Source: Schmidtea polychroa (taxonomy: Eukaryota). From it: 64,000 nucleotides of DNA. The stretch is from assembly GCA_044892525.1 (NCBI GenBank), contig CM097887.1, forward strand, positions 33,790,001-33,854,000, given 5' to 3'. Made by a program: the position numbers and the translations under genes. Below the pieces are notes generated by a model that saw only the letters and a list, made by a program, of their open reading frames with translations, made no database searches and was not told where the DNA came from. Of this stretch, positions 39,959 through 53,600 are shown in pieces (the stretch's first letter is position 1; each line of letters begins with the position of its first letter).

Positions 39959-41067
39959 TGTGACGACTGCGGTATTATTTGTTTTTAGTGTGATGTTGAA
40001 TGCTTAGTAGGAGTCAGGATTGTGATCTAGTGTTCCTGATAAATGTGTTGAGGATAATAATTCAAATGGAAAGTAAGCGAGGAAAAAAGGCAAATAAAAG
40101 CGGGATCGTGCACAGAATCAATAGTAAAGGAAAGTGTGATGAAAACAGTATTAGAAAATGCAAAAAGCAATTACGAAAGGCGAGAATCCGGAAATCCGAG
40201 AAAAATCAATAAATGGAAAAATCATCGAAATCGAATGGGAAAAACGGGACAGGTATAGATTAGCTAATGGTCAACAAAATGATGGTTAGGGATTTATCAG
40301 AAAAGGGTTAGGAAGGGTCGAAAAACATTCAAACGTATGAAAACAGAAAACGTTAATTAATTAATTAATTGGCTAATGGAAAACCCGAGCTAATGGGAAA
40401 CCCGAGCCAATGGAGAACCCGAGAGATAAAGGAAACCCGAGCTGGGTAAACAAGAAGAAAGGCAAACAAAAGGAAGATTTGGGCCCATTAGCTTGACACA
40501 ATGATTAATGGGAAAAGAGTAAGGAGAAGATAGCGCGCGTAGGAAGACCGGTAGGGCCATTAATTATCTGGATTCGTTGGACCATTATGGGTGACAGCCG
40601 AAGCAAACACGTAGGAGAAAAAGTCAAACGAAAGATTGGCTCGGCAATAAACATTTGTCATCCTGATTTCGAGGAGTATATAAGCAAAGGGAAAATCAGA
40701 GAAAATCGGCATTTTGCCTCAGGTAGGGTAAGAAGAATCGAGAATAGTCGAGAGGTAAAAACGAATTTAGGGAAGTAGGGAAAAGAAGAAATAGAATTAA
40801 GAATACGAAAAGGTGAAAAGGAATCAAACCAAACAGAAACCGAGGAAAACGAGAGTCAAGAGAATCGAAAGGATCGAAAGGTGAATATTATTTGTTTGCA
40901 AAGCATCAACGCCGAGCGGAGAATCGTATAAAACTTTGATTGGTAATTGTAGCGTGATAATACATTGTGAACCTGTTGTTTCAATATACGTTGGGTCGTT
41001 CATTGTTTTGATTTAAAGAACACAGGAGTCAGAGAGAACCGACTTGAAATAATCCAAAAACCCAACA
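39959..41067 (+). mobile_element. Probable isolated LTR (about 1.1 kb)
   Basis: TGT...ACA ends. Purine-rich, GC-elevated block with four GGA(A/G)A(A)CCCGAG repeats at about 40377-40442. No TSD was found, so the boundaries are uncertain. Confidence 0.5.
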
Positions 41068-41678
41068 AATGGGAAAAAAGGAATGGAAATTATAGGACAA
41101 CCAGAACTCAGATATTTGTTGACGTCTTAAATATGAATTTAAATTGTAAATGAGTATTGCTAATAACAGTATAAACATAATAATATATGCACACTAAATT
41201 GATAAAGAATTTAAATTTAATTTTTTGTAAATTCAAGTTCCACCAATAATTAATTAACAATCTTTAATTAAATTAGACAGAAAATGATACTAATAATCAT
41301 TTTATAGCTATATTTTAACAGCTATATTTTTAATTATTGTTAAAATAATTTTCGTATTTTATAAAATAATTCTAGGATTATGATTTTATCTTAGTTTTGT
41401 TTTAGTTATTCAAATATTTGTATTTTTAATTATTTATCATAGTTTTTCAAAAATTAAAATTTATTTAAAAATTACTCTTAAATAATAAATGTTAAAAATT
41501 TTTATACGAATTTGTAATATATATATTATATTTATTTAATAAATTGATGTATTTTTTAGATATTGTAATTTTTAATATTGTTTTGACACATTTAATATTT
41601 CATTTTATTCAAATTTCGTTTAGTAGAATTATTAATAGACTTTTAATTATTGTAGATTTTTCAATCTTTCAATAACAG

Positions 41679-44600
41679 ATGTCTAATATTCAACCTAGTT
41701 CTCCAAACACAAAAATAAATGGTAATGTTTTGTAGTCTCTTCCGTTTTAATGGCTATTATAATTTTATAGTTTCCGATTTTAATGCTACTTGTTGCAACA
41801 ATCGTACAGTATTTAGATTGTTGACTGCAGCAGAAAAACGAAGTCGTTATCTTAAACGTTTGTTTCATATTAGACATATGGATTTTGAGTATGCATTATG
41901 GCAAGCTGCATATTTATTCATTTCACCTCAAAAAGTTTATAGAAATTTTCAATATAGGAAATGTATTAGTTTAAGATGTTTTTGATAAATTTAGTTATTG
42001 ATAGGTTCACGGGACCAGTGGGCAAGAGATGATCCTGCTTTTCTTGTTATTTTGATTATTAGTTTAATATGTAAGTTTTATAGAATTGAGTCTTTTCAAA
42101 AATACAAATTAAAGAATAAATTTGTAGGAATATTATCTTTATAAAATACATTTAATTTATCATTTTTATAAATAAAAAATTGTTTTAAAAAAATTTACTA
42201 AGTAATCAAATATTAATTATTTATTATTATAAAATTAATTTAATAAATTTGAATTTATTAATAATTTTAAAAATTTAATTTGGTAAAAAATTAAATTATA
42301 TTTAAATTATAAATAATTTTATTACCCGATATTAATTTATTAATTAATTAATTATTTAAAATTTATAATATTTTGAAATTTACTTTGCTGCAATTTTACT
42401 AAATTATTAAAATTCTTCGAACATCAAACTGTCTACGCGTTTTGGTTTGTTTTATCTTCATTTTCATCTGACAATGGACCCAATATACGTTATCGCAGCT
42501 CAAGCGTGGATTTATTGTCATCTGTGAATAATCTTCCCAAAATGTCACCAAAGGTTGCTTTGCGTTCAACTTTGAGTATAGAATCTTGATATTCTTGAAA
42601 ACAACCCCGTTTCTCCCTTTAAAGTATATTTTAATCAATTTAAATCAATGCGCATCCGCAAATCCATTTAAATACTTTCTCTTGCATCCTATATACAGAC
42701 CACTCGTTAATGATTGCGTAATTTGCTGTCTTAAATACTTGAAATTCTGTATCGGAATAAGCTGTATATACAATTATCAAAGAGGAGTGCATAGTTATGG
42801 AGTTGTCGAATTGAAATGCGCAGAAAAATCCTGATAATTACTAATCAAATATCGATATTGTGTGTTCTAGCTCATGAATTCTATGGATTAGGCCAGGGGT
42901 CGGCAACCTTTTAAGGCTTAAGGGTCACATTCAACTTTCAGAAGAAGGGAAGTGTAAAAAATCAATTTTTACTAGAACAATCGTTAGTAAAACAAGAAAT
43001 ATTTAATAAAGACAAAATACAGTTAATGCATCATTTGTCTCTGTCTTCTTTCTTAATCAGGCTTTTGTGGTTGTTTGACCTTAGCCAAGTTATTTTTATC
43101 GGCTTTTAAACCTGAAGTGCAAATCCGAATAGAAGCATGCAAATGTCCATCAGTTAGTTGAGAAGAAAATTTATTCTTGCTAAAACTCATGTCAGAAAAT
43201 GCTCGTTCTTCTTCCCTCAAATAAATCCACTCTTTAATGTTTAATTATGTTGCAATTGCAAAACTTCCATTTGCGCAGTTCGTTTGGTATGTTATTGATG
43301 TCGACATTGAAACATTCGTATTTTTCTGATTTATTCATGGAAATTCAGTTTGTAAATCTTCAATAACTCTAATGAAAGGGGTCTTTTGCGTTTGCCATCC
43401 ATCTTCGATCATATGTTTGGCTTCAAAGGCGTTTCTGTTATCTTTGCCTTGCAGGTTCAAATTAAATTCATTAAGGTACGCTGTAATATCCTCCATAAAT
43501 GCTAGAGACATTGGCCATTTTTGATCCGATAATTGTAAGATAGTATTTTCTTGTTCCGCCATGAAAATATCTATTTCTTCACCTCTATTTAGCCATTTAA
43601 CTGCTGAGTAGTAAATAACGTCTTTGAATTCCGAATGGATTTCTTTCAGGAATTCTTGAAATTGGCGGTGTTTCAGACCGTGGCGGCGAATTTAGTTTAC
43701 AGTTGATATCACGGTGTTCATAACGTCTTTCATTGATGATACAATTTTACAGCAAAGTGATTCCCGGTGAATGATGCAATGAGATTATCACAATTGGATT
43801 ATCACAACCTATATTCTGTAATTCCGTGTAAATTCGGCTTACTACATCGGTTTTAGAGCCACACATATTTCTGCCACCATCGGTTGTCACACATTCTAAC
43901 TTTTTCCATTCCAATTCTAAAGAATTGAGAGTTTCCTTTACCTTTATGAACAAATCATTTCCGATTGTATTGCCTTTTAAGCTCCATAAACTAGCCAATT
44001 CATCATGAACATAAAAAGCCACCATCAATGCCTCGAATAAATGTGTCAGTTATGTCAATGCTTGCATCTATTGCTAGAGAGTAACAATCAAATGATTTTG
44101 CTTTAAATTTAAGCTGCTCGAATAAATTGGTTCCGATTTCTTCTACTTGCCTTGTACAAGTTCACGCAGATAGGCTAATATCATGAAATAATTTCTGGGC
44201 ATAATTTTTCAGCTACAGCTAGTAAACATCGTTTAACAAATTCTGAATCTGTAAAAGGCCTTCTTCCTTTCTTAACAAGTTCCACTACAATATAACTAGA
44301 ACGAACAACCAATTCATCATAAATACTTTGCTTCCTAAATATGATTTGTTGAACAATCAAAGAAGCTTTCAATTTATTCATTTTATTTCTTCTAATTTCA
44401 CCGGTATTGTCTTTCATGTTCATTCTCGTAATGACGTTTGACATTATATTTTTTTATCGCAGCAACACTTTTATGACAAATAAAATAAAATGGCTTACCA
44501 CCATTTTCAGTAAAGAAGTTCTTGCTGCTCCATTCCTCATTAAAAATCCTTCCTTCATCTGCAATTTTATTGACATTAATAATAATCACAAAGCTGCGAC

Positions 44601-47600
44601 TTTCTTCAATCATGTGTTTCTTCAACAGACATAGTTTGACTTCAAAAGCGTTTATGTCAGAAAACAGGTCTGCGAGTAATTTACCTTTGTACTGCAGGTT
44701 CAAAGTAAATTCATTAAGGTACGCTGTAATATCATAAATACCATAAATACAACAGACATTATCCATTTTTGATCCGATAGTTGTAAGATAGTCATGAAAT
44801 ATCTATTTCTTCACGTAAATCAAAAATCCTTAGAACTGCACCGAATGGATGTCTTTCGGGAATTCTTGAAATTGGCGGTGTTTCAGACCGTGGCGGCGAA
44901 TGTAGTTTACAGTTGATATCACGGTTTTAATCACAAAGCTTCGACAATAGGAAACCCCACACTTGTATGTTGTATGTTTGTACACACAGGCGACGCGGTT
45001 TCAAAAGCGCGCCAAAACGGTTCATTTCAATAAGCTCATTATTATACAATTGGCTTACACCAAGTTGCATGATAAAATTAGATAAAATGAATTTAGATAG
45101 AATGAATTTTCTGTGTCAATCGATCATTAGGGCTTAGACCAAACTTATTCATGAAACTCTTCTTATAAGTGTGTTTCAAAACATGCATCGAATTCTTGGT
45201 TAATATATAGATTCAATATATATTAGAATTAATTAGATTATGATTAGAAATAGACTATAAAGCTGGCAGACTTATTTGAGTGAGTGTACATCATATTATT
45301 TAATTTATTTTTCAAATAATATACCAAAATTTGTAAGTATGGTCAACCGTTTATAAGTCACCGGTTTCTGACCCCTGGATTAGACAATTATACAATTGCA
45401 ATATTTCAAGGATGATTTATTTAAGAGTTATTTCTAGTGCTCATTTCAAATTCTCTGCATTCAAATAGAACTTGCTTATTTGACGCTTTTTAGAGATATA
45501 AAATTGTAAATTACAAATCTTCGGTAATGATATTTATTATCTGATATAAAATGTACGATAGGAACAAAATGGGGAGTTGTAAAATAAAAAAAATCCTGGT
45601 ATTGTACTTATTTAATTTTGACAGTTTCAATAATCAACCTCAATTAAAAGCCGACAAACGGAGAATTTATGGAAAATTTCAAAAAAATATCTGAAATATA
45701 TACCCTTTCTGACCCAGAAATAACCAGAAGGATTTTTAAATAAACGAAACTATTTCGATAATAATAACAACTGTCGGAAATGAACAAGGAAAAAATATAA
45801 AAATTCCACAAAACCGATTATGATGATAATTGTTTATCATAAAACAATTTTCTGACACTTAATGCGCGATTTAAAACATAGAATTAATGGAGAAGAAAAG
45901 TTGTGTGAATTTATGAAAATATCTAATAGAAATCTTCAGTAAGATTTATGGAATAGAAAAAATTACCGAAAACAATAATTCATCGCATTTTAACTGGAAA
46001 TTAAACAATTGACCTCTTTTCCATGACAACGCACCAGGTCGGATTATTTTTCTACATAATTCACCGGATTTGGGTCTCTATGGTATTATGCTTAACATGG
46101 AAGATAGATTCTGCTAGATCTTCGTAAAAGCGAGACTAACAAATGTTTAGGTTTAGGTTCGTTTTTCTTTCAAATGAGTCCCGTTTCATCAGCATTAAAA
46201 ATCTGTTCAGGTGAATAAGATACTTTTTTATGTTAAGCGAGGAATGGGTATTTGCTTCTCATTGTATTTTGAATAAATAATGAACTAATTATTTCTAAGC
46301 ATATATCTTCTGTTTTCCATTTCANNNNNNNNNNNNNNNNNNNNNNNNNNNNNNNNNNNNNNNNNNNNNNNNNNNNNNNNNNNNNNNNNNNNNNNNNNNN
46401 NNNNNNNNNNNNNNNNNNNNNNNNNNNNNNNNNNNNNNNNNNNNNNNNNNNNNNNNNNNNNNNNNNNNNNNNNNNNNNNNNNNNNNNNNNNNNNNNNNNN
46501 NNNNNNNNNNNNNNNNNNNNNNNNNNNNNNNNNNNNNNNNNNNNNNNNNNNNNNNGGCTTAGTAGTAACATATCAAAAGCGGTATTTCTGTTTTCCACGC
46601 CAAAATAAATCTCGGTAAATAAAAGTATTATTTCCAAAACATTCCCCTACTTTCCGCCTCCAGATATTTTTATTTCCTTACATTATAAATAATGTGATTT
46701 AATGAAGTAACTTATTCAAGAGTTTAACATGGAGTTTTTGGCGTGGAAGAAGGATAAGTTATCAACAGCACACATGTTTACATTAATATCAATTACGTGT
46801 TTTAATATTATTACAGCTCTGTCGTTAATTTAACTAGTAAATAACGTATGTTATATTCGGAACGGATATCGCCTTTAGATCTACTGAATAAACTAGGAAT
46901 GATTAGAGTAAGGCCTAATAAGTAATGCAGTTTTCTTCGATAATCGTTTGCTTTTACTACATCAACTACACCATTTGATATTTGCTCAATTTCTATTACC
47001 ATATTTGATTCAACCTCACTCATAACTTCCTGTACTAATTCATTGATTTCATCATCATTTGGAATATCAACAGACTCGAAGTTTTCTGAAGATATTATTA
47101 TTATTATTTATTTTATCTTCAATCGCTATCACCAGTTTGAATTTCACTGTGGACTTCCTCCCGAGTTTTAGTTTATATTCCTTTTCTCATCTACCATTAA
47201 CATATCCAACAATATCTGCGTCTAAAAATTGACAATCGCGCTTCCAAAAAATATTTTTTACTATTTAAATTTTTTACAACGTTTACAATTTTAAACAAAA
47301 GAAAATTCAAAATAACCAAATTAAAATGTAACATGACCTATTTTATGTTAATTATTGAATTAATATTTGGGATTTTTGAATTGTGATTATTAGGTACATC
47401 TATCGGATTTTCCTTAGTTATGAAATTTCATTTTATTCAAACAATTCAATTTATTTCCTGGGTAGTTTTCATTGATTGTCTTGGTGTTGGACTATTTATT
47501 GCAACAGTTCTTTGGGCAGTTTCGAATCATTTTATGAGAGAATCGACTAATTCTAGTGATCCAGATGTCGAATGGGGTTATGCTTTTGATATTCACCTCA

Positions 47601-50600
47601 ATGCATTCTTTCCATTGTTAATTACTCTCCATTTGTTGCAATTGCCGTTTTTAAGTGGTAAGGAATTAAATTTTAGCTGCATTTGTGTCTAAATCACTGA
47701 AATATTTAATGGATTTTAATTTTTTTTAACATGTGTTGTTTAAATTAGTACCGTGCAATTTTAAAGAAATTTAATGAAACCTAGTAAAACTTTTTTGATT
47801 TTTGATGACAATTGCAAATTGGATTATTATTTTAAATTTATTTATATGTTGTTTAAATGCTTGAGATTTAAGCGCGCGTTCTAAAGTAAAATTTCAATTT
47901 TTGAATATTTTCCCAAAATTTTTAAATTTATGAAAAAAATAAAAAATTCCCTTTAAATAATGTTCGAATTTCTTGGTAATTATTGATTTTCAAAAATTTT
48001 GATTTTCTCAGCAATTATTTTATAGTTTTCAAAATGATTTTGGTTGCTTGACTGAGAATAAAATTCTCAACAAGATCATATATGACGTTTTTAAATGTTA
48101 TTGATTTTCAATGTTGACATGAAATAATCAATAGTATTGGAAAAAAATTTATCTCATTAGATTCTAGATAAAATTCTCTACAGGATGGTGTAACTTATGC
48201 AGTTGAATTGCATACCTGTTGCATGTTACTATTTATAGTTACTATTTATATGTTACTATTTATAGTTACTATTTATATGTTACTATTTATATGTTACTAT
48301 TTATAGAATTATCGTGAAATGTTTTGCGGTCACAACTCGGTAAACCAGACCTAATAAGATAACTAGTGACCAGGGGTCGCGATATATATAGGGCGTCCAT
48401 AAAGTCCGTGTGCAATTAAAATACTTGTGACTTTGTAACTATAAGGGAAAGAATGATTAAGATAGGTCTAAGAGAGAATAAAGAATTTCGTGTCACCTTC
48501 CTTTACGAGTAAAACGGTTCCTAGATGAGAAATTCCCTTACAGATGGATTTTAAAAAGTTCATTTTTTCTTAACGTTCATGTCCATCAGGTTTGACTCTG
48601 TTCAATTTATTTTAATATGAATATTTATTCGTTTATTCGACCATATTTATAAGACTTGCAAGATAGAATGAGTGATGCAATTGCTGACATTCCTGAAAAT
48701 CAGCTACTGGAAAACTTATTCAGAGAACTATCAAAAACATGACTCTGTTTTATTGGTAGTAAACTTTGATATACACCATTTACTTGACAAAAGAAAGCCA
48801 TTTCGAATTTTCAATCATTGATAAGCGAGCAAAATGAATTTTATTTCATATGAACACAAAAAGCTTGTCCGCTAAAATAGTCCTTTAAGTCAATCCACTG
48901 ATTTTGTATTTGTGCATGCTTGCTAGAAACAATCGAATATCACAGAAATAAAAAATCCAATTCATCATCATGATTACTGTTTTTTTAATAATCAATCAAA
49001 CCAATAAGAATACAAAGTCATTTTTAGAATTGATCGATTGTCTTCTACAATAAAAGGTTCCCAACCTCTGGTCTAGACTCTAGTAATTTGTAATCAAAGT
49101 TTGTTCCTTGAATAAGTGCACTGAGTAATAGTTTTGGTAAGTCAATGCAGCGACCCAAAGAGTAGGGTTTATATCATCAAAGAAATTGATGGATTCTTTA
49201 TTTGGCATGTACTTTCTGTCAGTGACGAGCTTTAAAACCGAACGTGCACAGAGTGCCAGATATATAATACAGCTCTTGTAGACTTGAAGGAACTTCGTTA
49301 AGTTCATATCATAATACTGCCAAATATCCGAGATTGAGTATGAGAATGTGATGTTATGTATAAATAACCCTACTGTCCATTTCTCATATTAATAAAAAAC
49401 TGAAATTTATACGAACCACATAATTATATACCTGAAATTAAAATAATTTTCAATAATGTTTGAATGTTTACTTTTCGGTTTCAGTTATTATTGCGAATGA
49501 ATGGTTCTTCTCAGTGGCTCTTGGTAATCTATTTTGGTTGGTAGCCTTGCTCTATTACAATTATATCACTTTTCTGGGATATAGAGGTAAATTTCTTTGA
49601 TAGTCGTTTATCTCTATTTAATATTATAACTTATATACTGTAAAATGTCTATTAATTCCCAATTATCGCAATTTTATATAAAGATGAAAATTTAAAATAA
49701 AATCCCTATCTAAAAACCAAAAAATTAAACAGAAAATAAAAATATTAAATTAATAAATATTATATATGAATTTTAGATTATATTCAGTATAAAATCAAAT
49801 AATCAATAACATTTTAAATTTATTTTTAATCTAAAATTTTTTGATAAAATAAATCAATTCTGATATAATGCATCTGTAATTTAATTATTAAATTGATATA
49901 TTTATTAATTGGAATTTCCGAGGCACTACAGTTCGTAATGAAAAAAAATGAATTGTCAAAAGGAAACATAACCAAAACAATAAATGATTTAATTGGAAAT
50001 ATATTAAAGAAGTTAAAAAATAAAAACAGACAAACAATCTGCAATTTGTCGTTGGATACAGTGTGATTTTGAGCTAGCAAATAAATCACAAGTCTCGGCG
50101 AGAAAGAATATATCGTATCTGGGGAAATAAATGTTGAGAATGTTGTTCCTGTTTAGTCAGATTTTATCAAAAAAAGAAGTTCTTGTTGTAGGATTAGAGT
50201 TGGAGCTTGATGGATTTAAAACAAGCAAATAATGGTCATTTTTGAAGATATCAAGCCTCAGTTTACTTGTGGTACGAGTCCAGCACTAGTGATGTTGTTC
50301 TATACAGATCAGGACATGCACATGATTGTGACAACATCAAAACAAGAACAACAATGGCAGATACCGTCAAAGCTGAAATTGACAAATTGTTTGCTTTAAA
50401 ATTGAAACCAAAAGCAATGTTAGAACATTTGTCTAACCAAAAATTACCCCTTCCGAGTCAAACACAGCTGAATAATCATCTGGCATCCTTGAGAAAGTCC
50501 AAATATGGTGCCAACATCATTAGCCTTGGAGAATTAAATCAGTGGTTGCAAATTCATTTAGCTGTTCCAGAAGCAGATAACAAAGCATTTGTTGTTGTAT

Positions 50601-53600
50601 ATGAAATTAAATATGAGGACACTGGATATTTCCGGAACTTCATTTCATCCAAAACAATGTTGAAAATGGCTTTAAACGCTGACAACATTCATGCAGATGC
50701 CACATACAAACTTGTATGGCAAGGCTTCCCTGTTCTTGTTATTGGTACAACAGATCGCAATCGCCAGTTTCATTGTTTTGGTATTGGAGTATGCACCGAT
50801 GAAAAAACTGAGGACTTCAAATTTTTGTTTACTGCATTGAAAATCTTCAATGCTCCCTTCAATCCAAGCACATTAATTTCTGATGCATCAAAAAGCATCC
50901 AAAACTCTTTCATAGCAGTGTTTGGCAAAGACGTATTGGTGATTATGTGCTGGGCTCACATGAAAAAAAATGTTCAGAAAAAAGTGGATTCTTTGATTCC
51001 AAAAGATGCAAGACAGGAAATTTTGTCTGACATTGATTCTTTGCAACTCAGTCAATCCAGAGAAGATTTTGAATCAAATAAAAATTGGTTTGAAGGTGCC
51101 AAAAAACTAACACCTAGCACAAACAATGCCCTTGAGGCATACAACCGAGTCATGAAAGATGAAGATTCTATGAGAAAGCGAGTCTCACTATCAAGATTTA
51201 CTGTTGGATTGGTTGATTGGATTAAAAGGTGGTCCAACAATTACGAATCTGGAATTAAAGTCATCAAAACCGAACCAGAAATTGACTTGGAACTTTGGAC
51301 TAGCTCATACCAGTGGGCAAAGTTGAAGAAAACCATTTCTCCAGAATCAACAGAGAGTGGTGTTGTTTACAAAATTGCTGCAAAAGATTTGACAGAAACC
51401 TACGATGGAATTGACAACTGGGAAACGTTTGATGAGTTTAAAATTAATGCATTTCTTTCATGGACTACTATTTTACCAAAAGATCAAAATGACTGGATTA
51501 ACGGAGACTGTAACTGCCCTTCTTTTTTTAAAAAAATGCTTTGCAAACACATTGTTGGATTAGCTATTCGACTAAAGCTTGTAGCCCCTCCAACCGAAGC
51601 GAAAAATGTTCCAATTGGAACCAAAAGAAAGAGAGGTCGCCCTGCAAAAGCAAGAAAAGCATTGCTGTTGCAGTAGAACTAAAAATTTATTATATCTAGT
51701 GCAAATAAAATGCAGCCATCATACAAAACATTTTGTTAAATTGTAATCTCTGCTTTTTTATTCATTGAAATATATCTGAAATTTTTATTTTATAATGTAT
51801 AAATATTTTTGAAAATAGTGTGCAAATATTTATTTTTTAGTTTGCAGAACATAGTTAGCAAATATCGATTTTATAGTGTGCAAAAATCATTTTTTTAGTT
51901 TGCAAAATATAGTTAGCAAATAAGTATTTAATAGTGTGCAAAAATCATTTTTTTAGTTTTCAAAAAATAGTTAGCAAAAATCAATTTTATAGTGTGCAAA
52001 AATTATTTTTTAGTTTGCAAAAATAGTTAGCAAATGTTAATTTTTTAGTGTGCAAAATGGGATTATTTAGTTTGCATTTAATTAGGAGCCAATTTTAATT
52101 TTAATTTTGTCATTTCAATATTTTGTGCAGACAAAGTTAAGGAAATTTAAAAAGTGAAATAAGTAAACAGAAGTTTTAGTTGTTCAATATTATTTTGGAC
52201 TTATTTATCAAAAGGCTACCATTTAGTGACGCACCAAATTTTTAAAACACCTTTAATGAACGACTACCACTTGGGAGATTTTTGTCCGTGATTTTGCAAT
52301 TAGCCGGAGATTTAAGATGGCTCATTATTTTATTTTAATTGGTCAATAAGGCGATTTAGTTATTTCGGTACTTATTCAGTTTAGCCCCCCCCCACTATAT
52401 ATCTTCCAATGAGAGACGAGTTCAACTGCGATTCAAAAATAATGTCTCTGCATGTTTAATAAATAACGTTCAATTGTTTCGTTTTATTATATGTACTAGT
52501 AGTTTATCTGACAAGATAATTTGACCCACTAGGGATATTGTTACCAAGAGTACTGATCACCAGGTAATGGTCGTGTTCCTATACGTATATTATATATTTT
52601 CGAATAAATATTAATTGGGTTTATGTTAATGTATTATATTTGGTTCATTTTCAACTAAAATATTAGTTCAATTAAATTTGGTGCATATTTCATATATTTT
52701 GGTTCCGATTTCAATATTTTTGGTCTGTCAATAATATTAAGTCTTATCAAAATATTCGCCATTGGTTAACTAAGACTCTTAAATAGCACATATATAAGTA
52801 AACATAAAATAAATATTCAAGTTCAGGTAATGCATTTTTATCATTACAAAAATGTATTGCTATATTCACAAATCCAATTCCTGAGAAAAGTGTTACTCAT
52901 ACAGTTGAGAAAGAGTTAGAGCTATTGGAAGCAAATAATGGGCAGATTATAAAAATTGTATCAAGTTTTGCTGATAGTGAAACCAACATCTACCGCATGG
53001 GAACGTGTATTTTCCATTGCTGGAATATTTCGCAATAAATTTAGAAACAGAATGAGTCCTGCAACATTAAATGCACTGGTTTTCTTAAAATACTATTTCT
53101 TAAACAAATAATAACTATAGTAATTTATTTACATATTTGTATTTTAGTTTGTTATTTACAGCTTCTTTATATAGCTTTTACGAATTTATATGCATTTTTT
53201 AAACAACCAGGTTAACCCGGATTACCCGGGTAGTTGTAATTCGGGTAATTGAAAACACTATGATATATTTGGTCAAATATGAGAAATGAAATCAAAATGT
53301 TCGTAAAAATCTGCAATAAATGCTGTAGCAAAGCATCAAAAAGACTAATAACACAAAAAATAGAACTTCCTAAGTATCCAACCATTCGAAATAGTCTACA
53401 TTGGTATAGTAGGACCGCGGCACCTTACAACGGTTGTCAATGCCTACTAACAATAATATAAAAAAATACAAAATGGTTCACCTTAAAGAAATATTATCAT
53501 AATGCAATAATCACAGAGAAAGGAAGATAATTCTAAGTACTGACGGAAAGTATAACATAAAACGAAACAAAATAGAACAAAACAACGGCTTACAATCCAC

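Noticed and set aside
39959-41067. Calling this block a solo LTR or a protein-coding region (ORFs 40000-40212, 40587-40778)
   Set aside because: No TSD or PBS/PPT was found, so it is kept only as a probable LTR. The ORFs are low-complexity R/K/E products of a purine-rich strand.
5010-46637. ORFs containing X runs (e.g. 5010-5294, 14710-14937, 18412-18811, 19492-19991, 21022-21327, 25571-25826, 46233-46637)
   Set aside because: They are open only because they span N-gaps.
50290-50320. unc-50 exon 5 splicing into the MULE ORF to form a fusion
   Set aside because: The best nearby acceptor (TTCTATACAG at 50308) would join out of frame with the transposase.
51815-52080. CRISPR-like periodicity
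   Set aside because: The units are contiguous diverged copies with no unique spacers, there are no cas genes, and the context is eukaryotic. It is a transposon arm.
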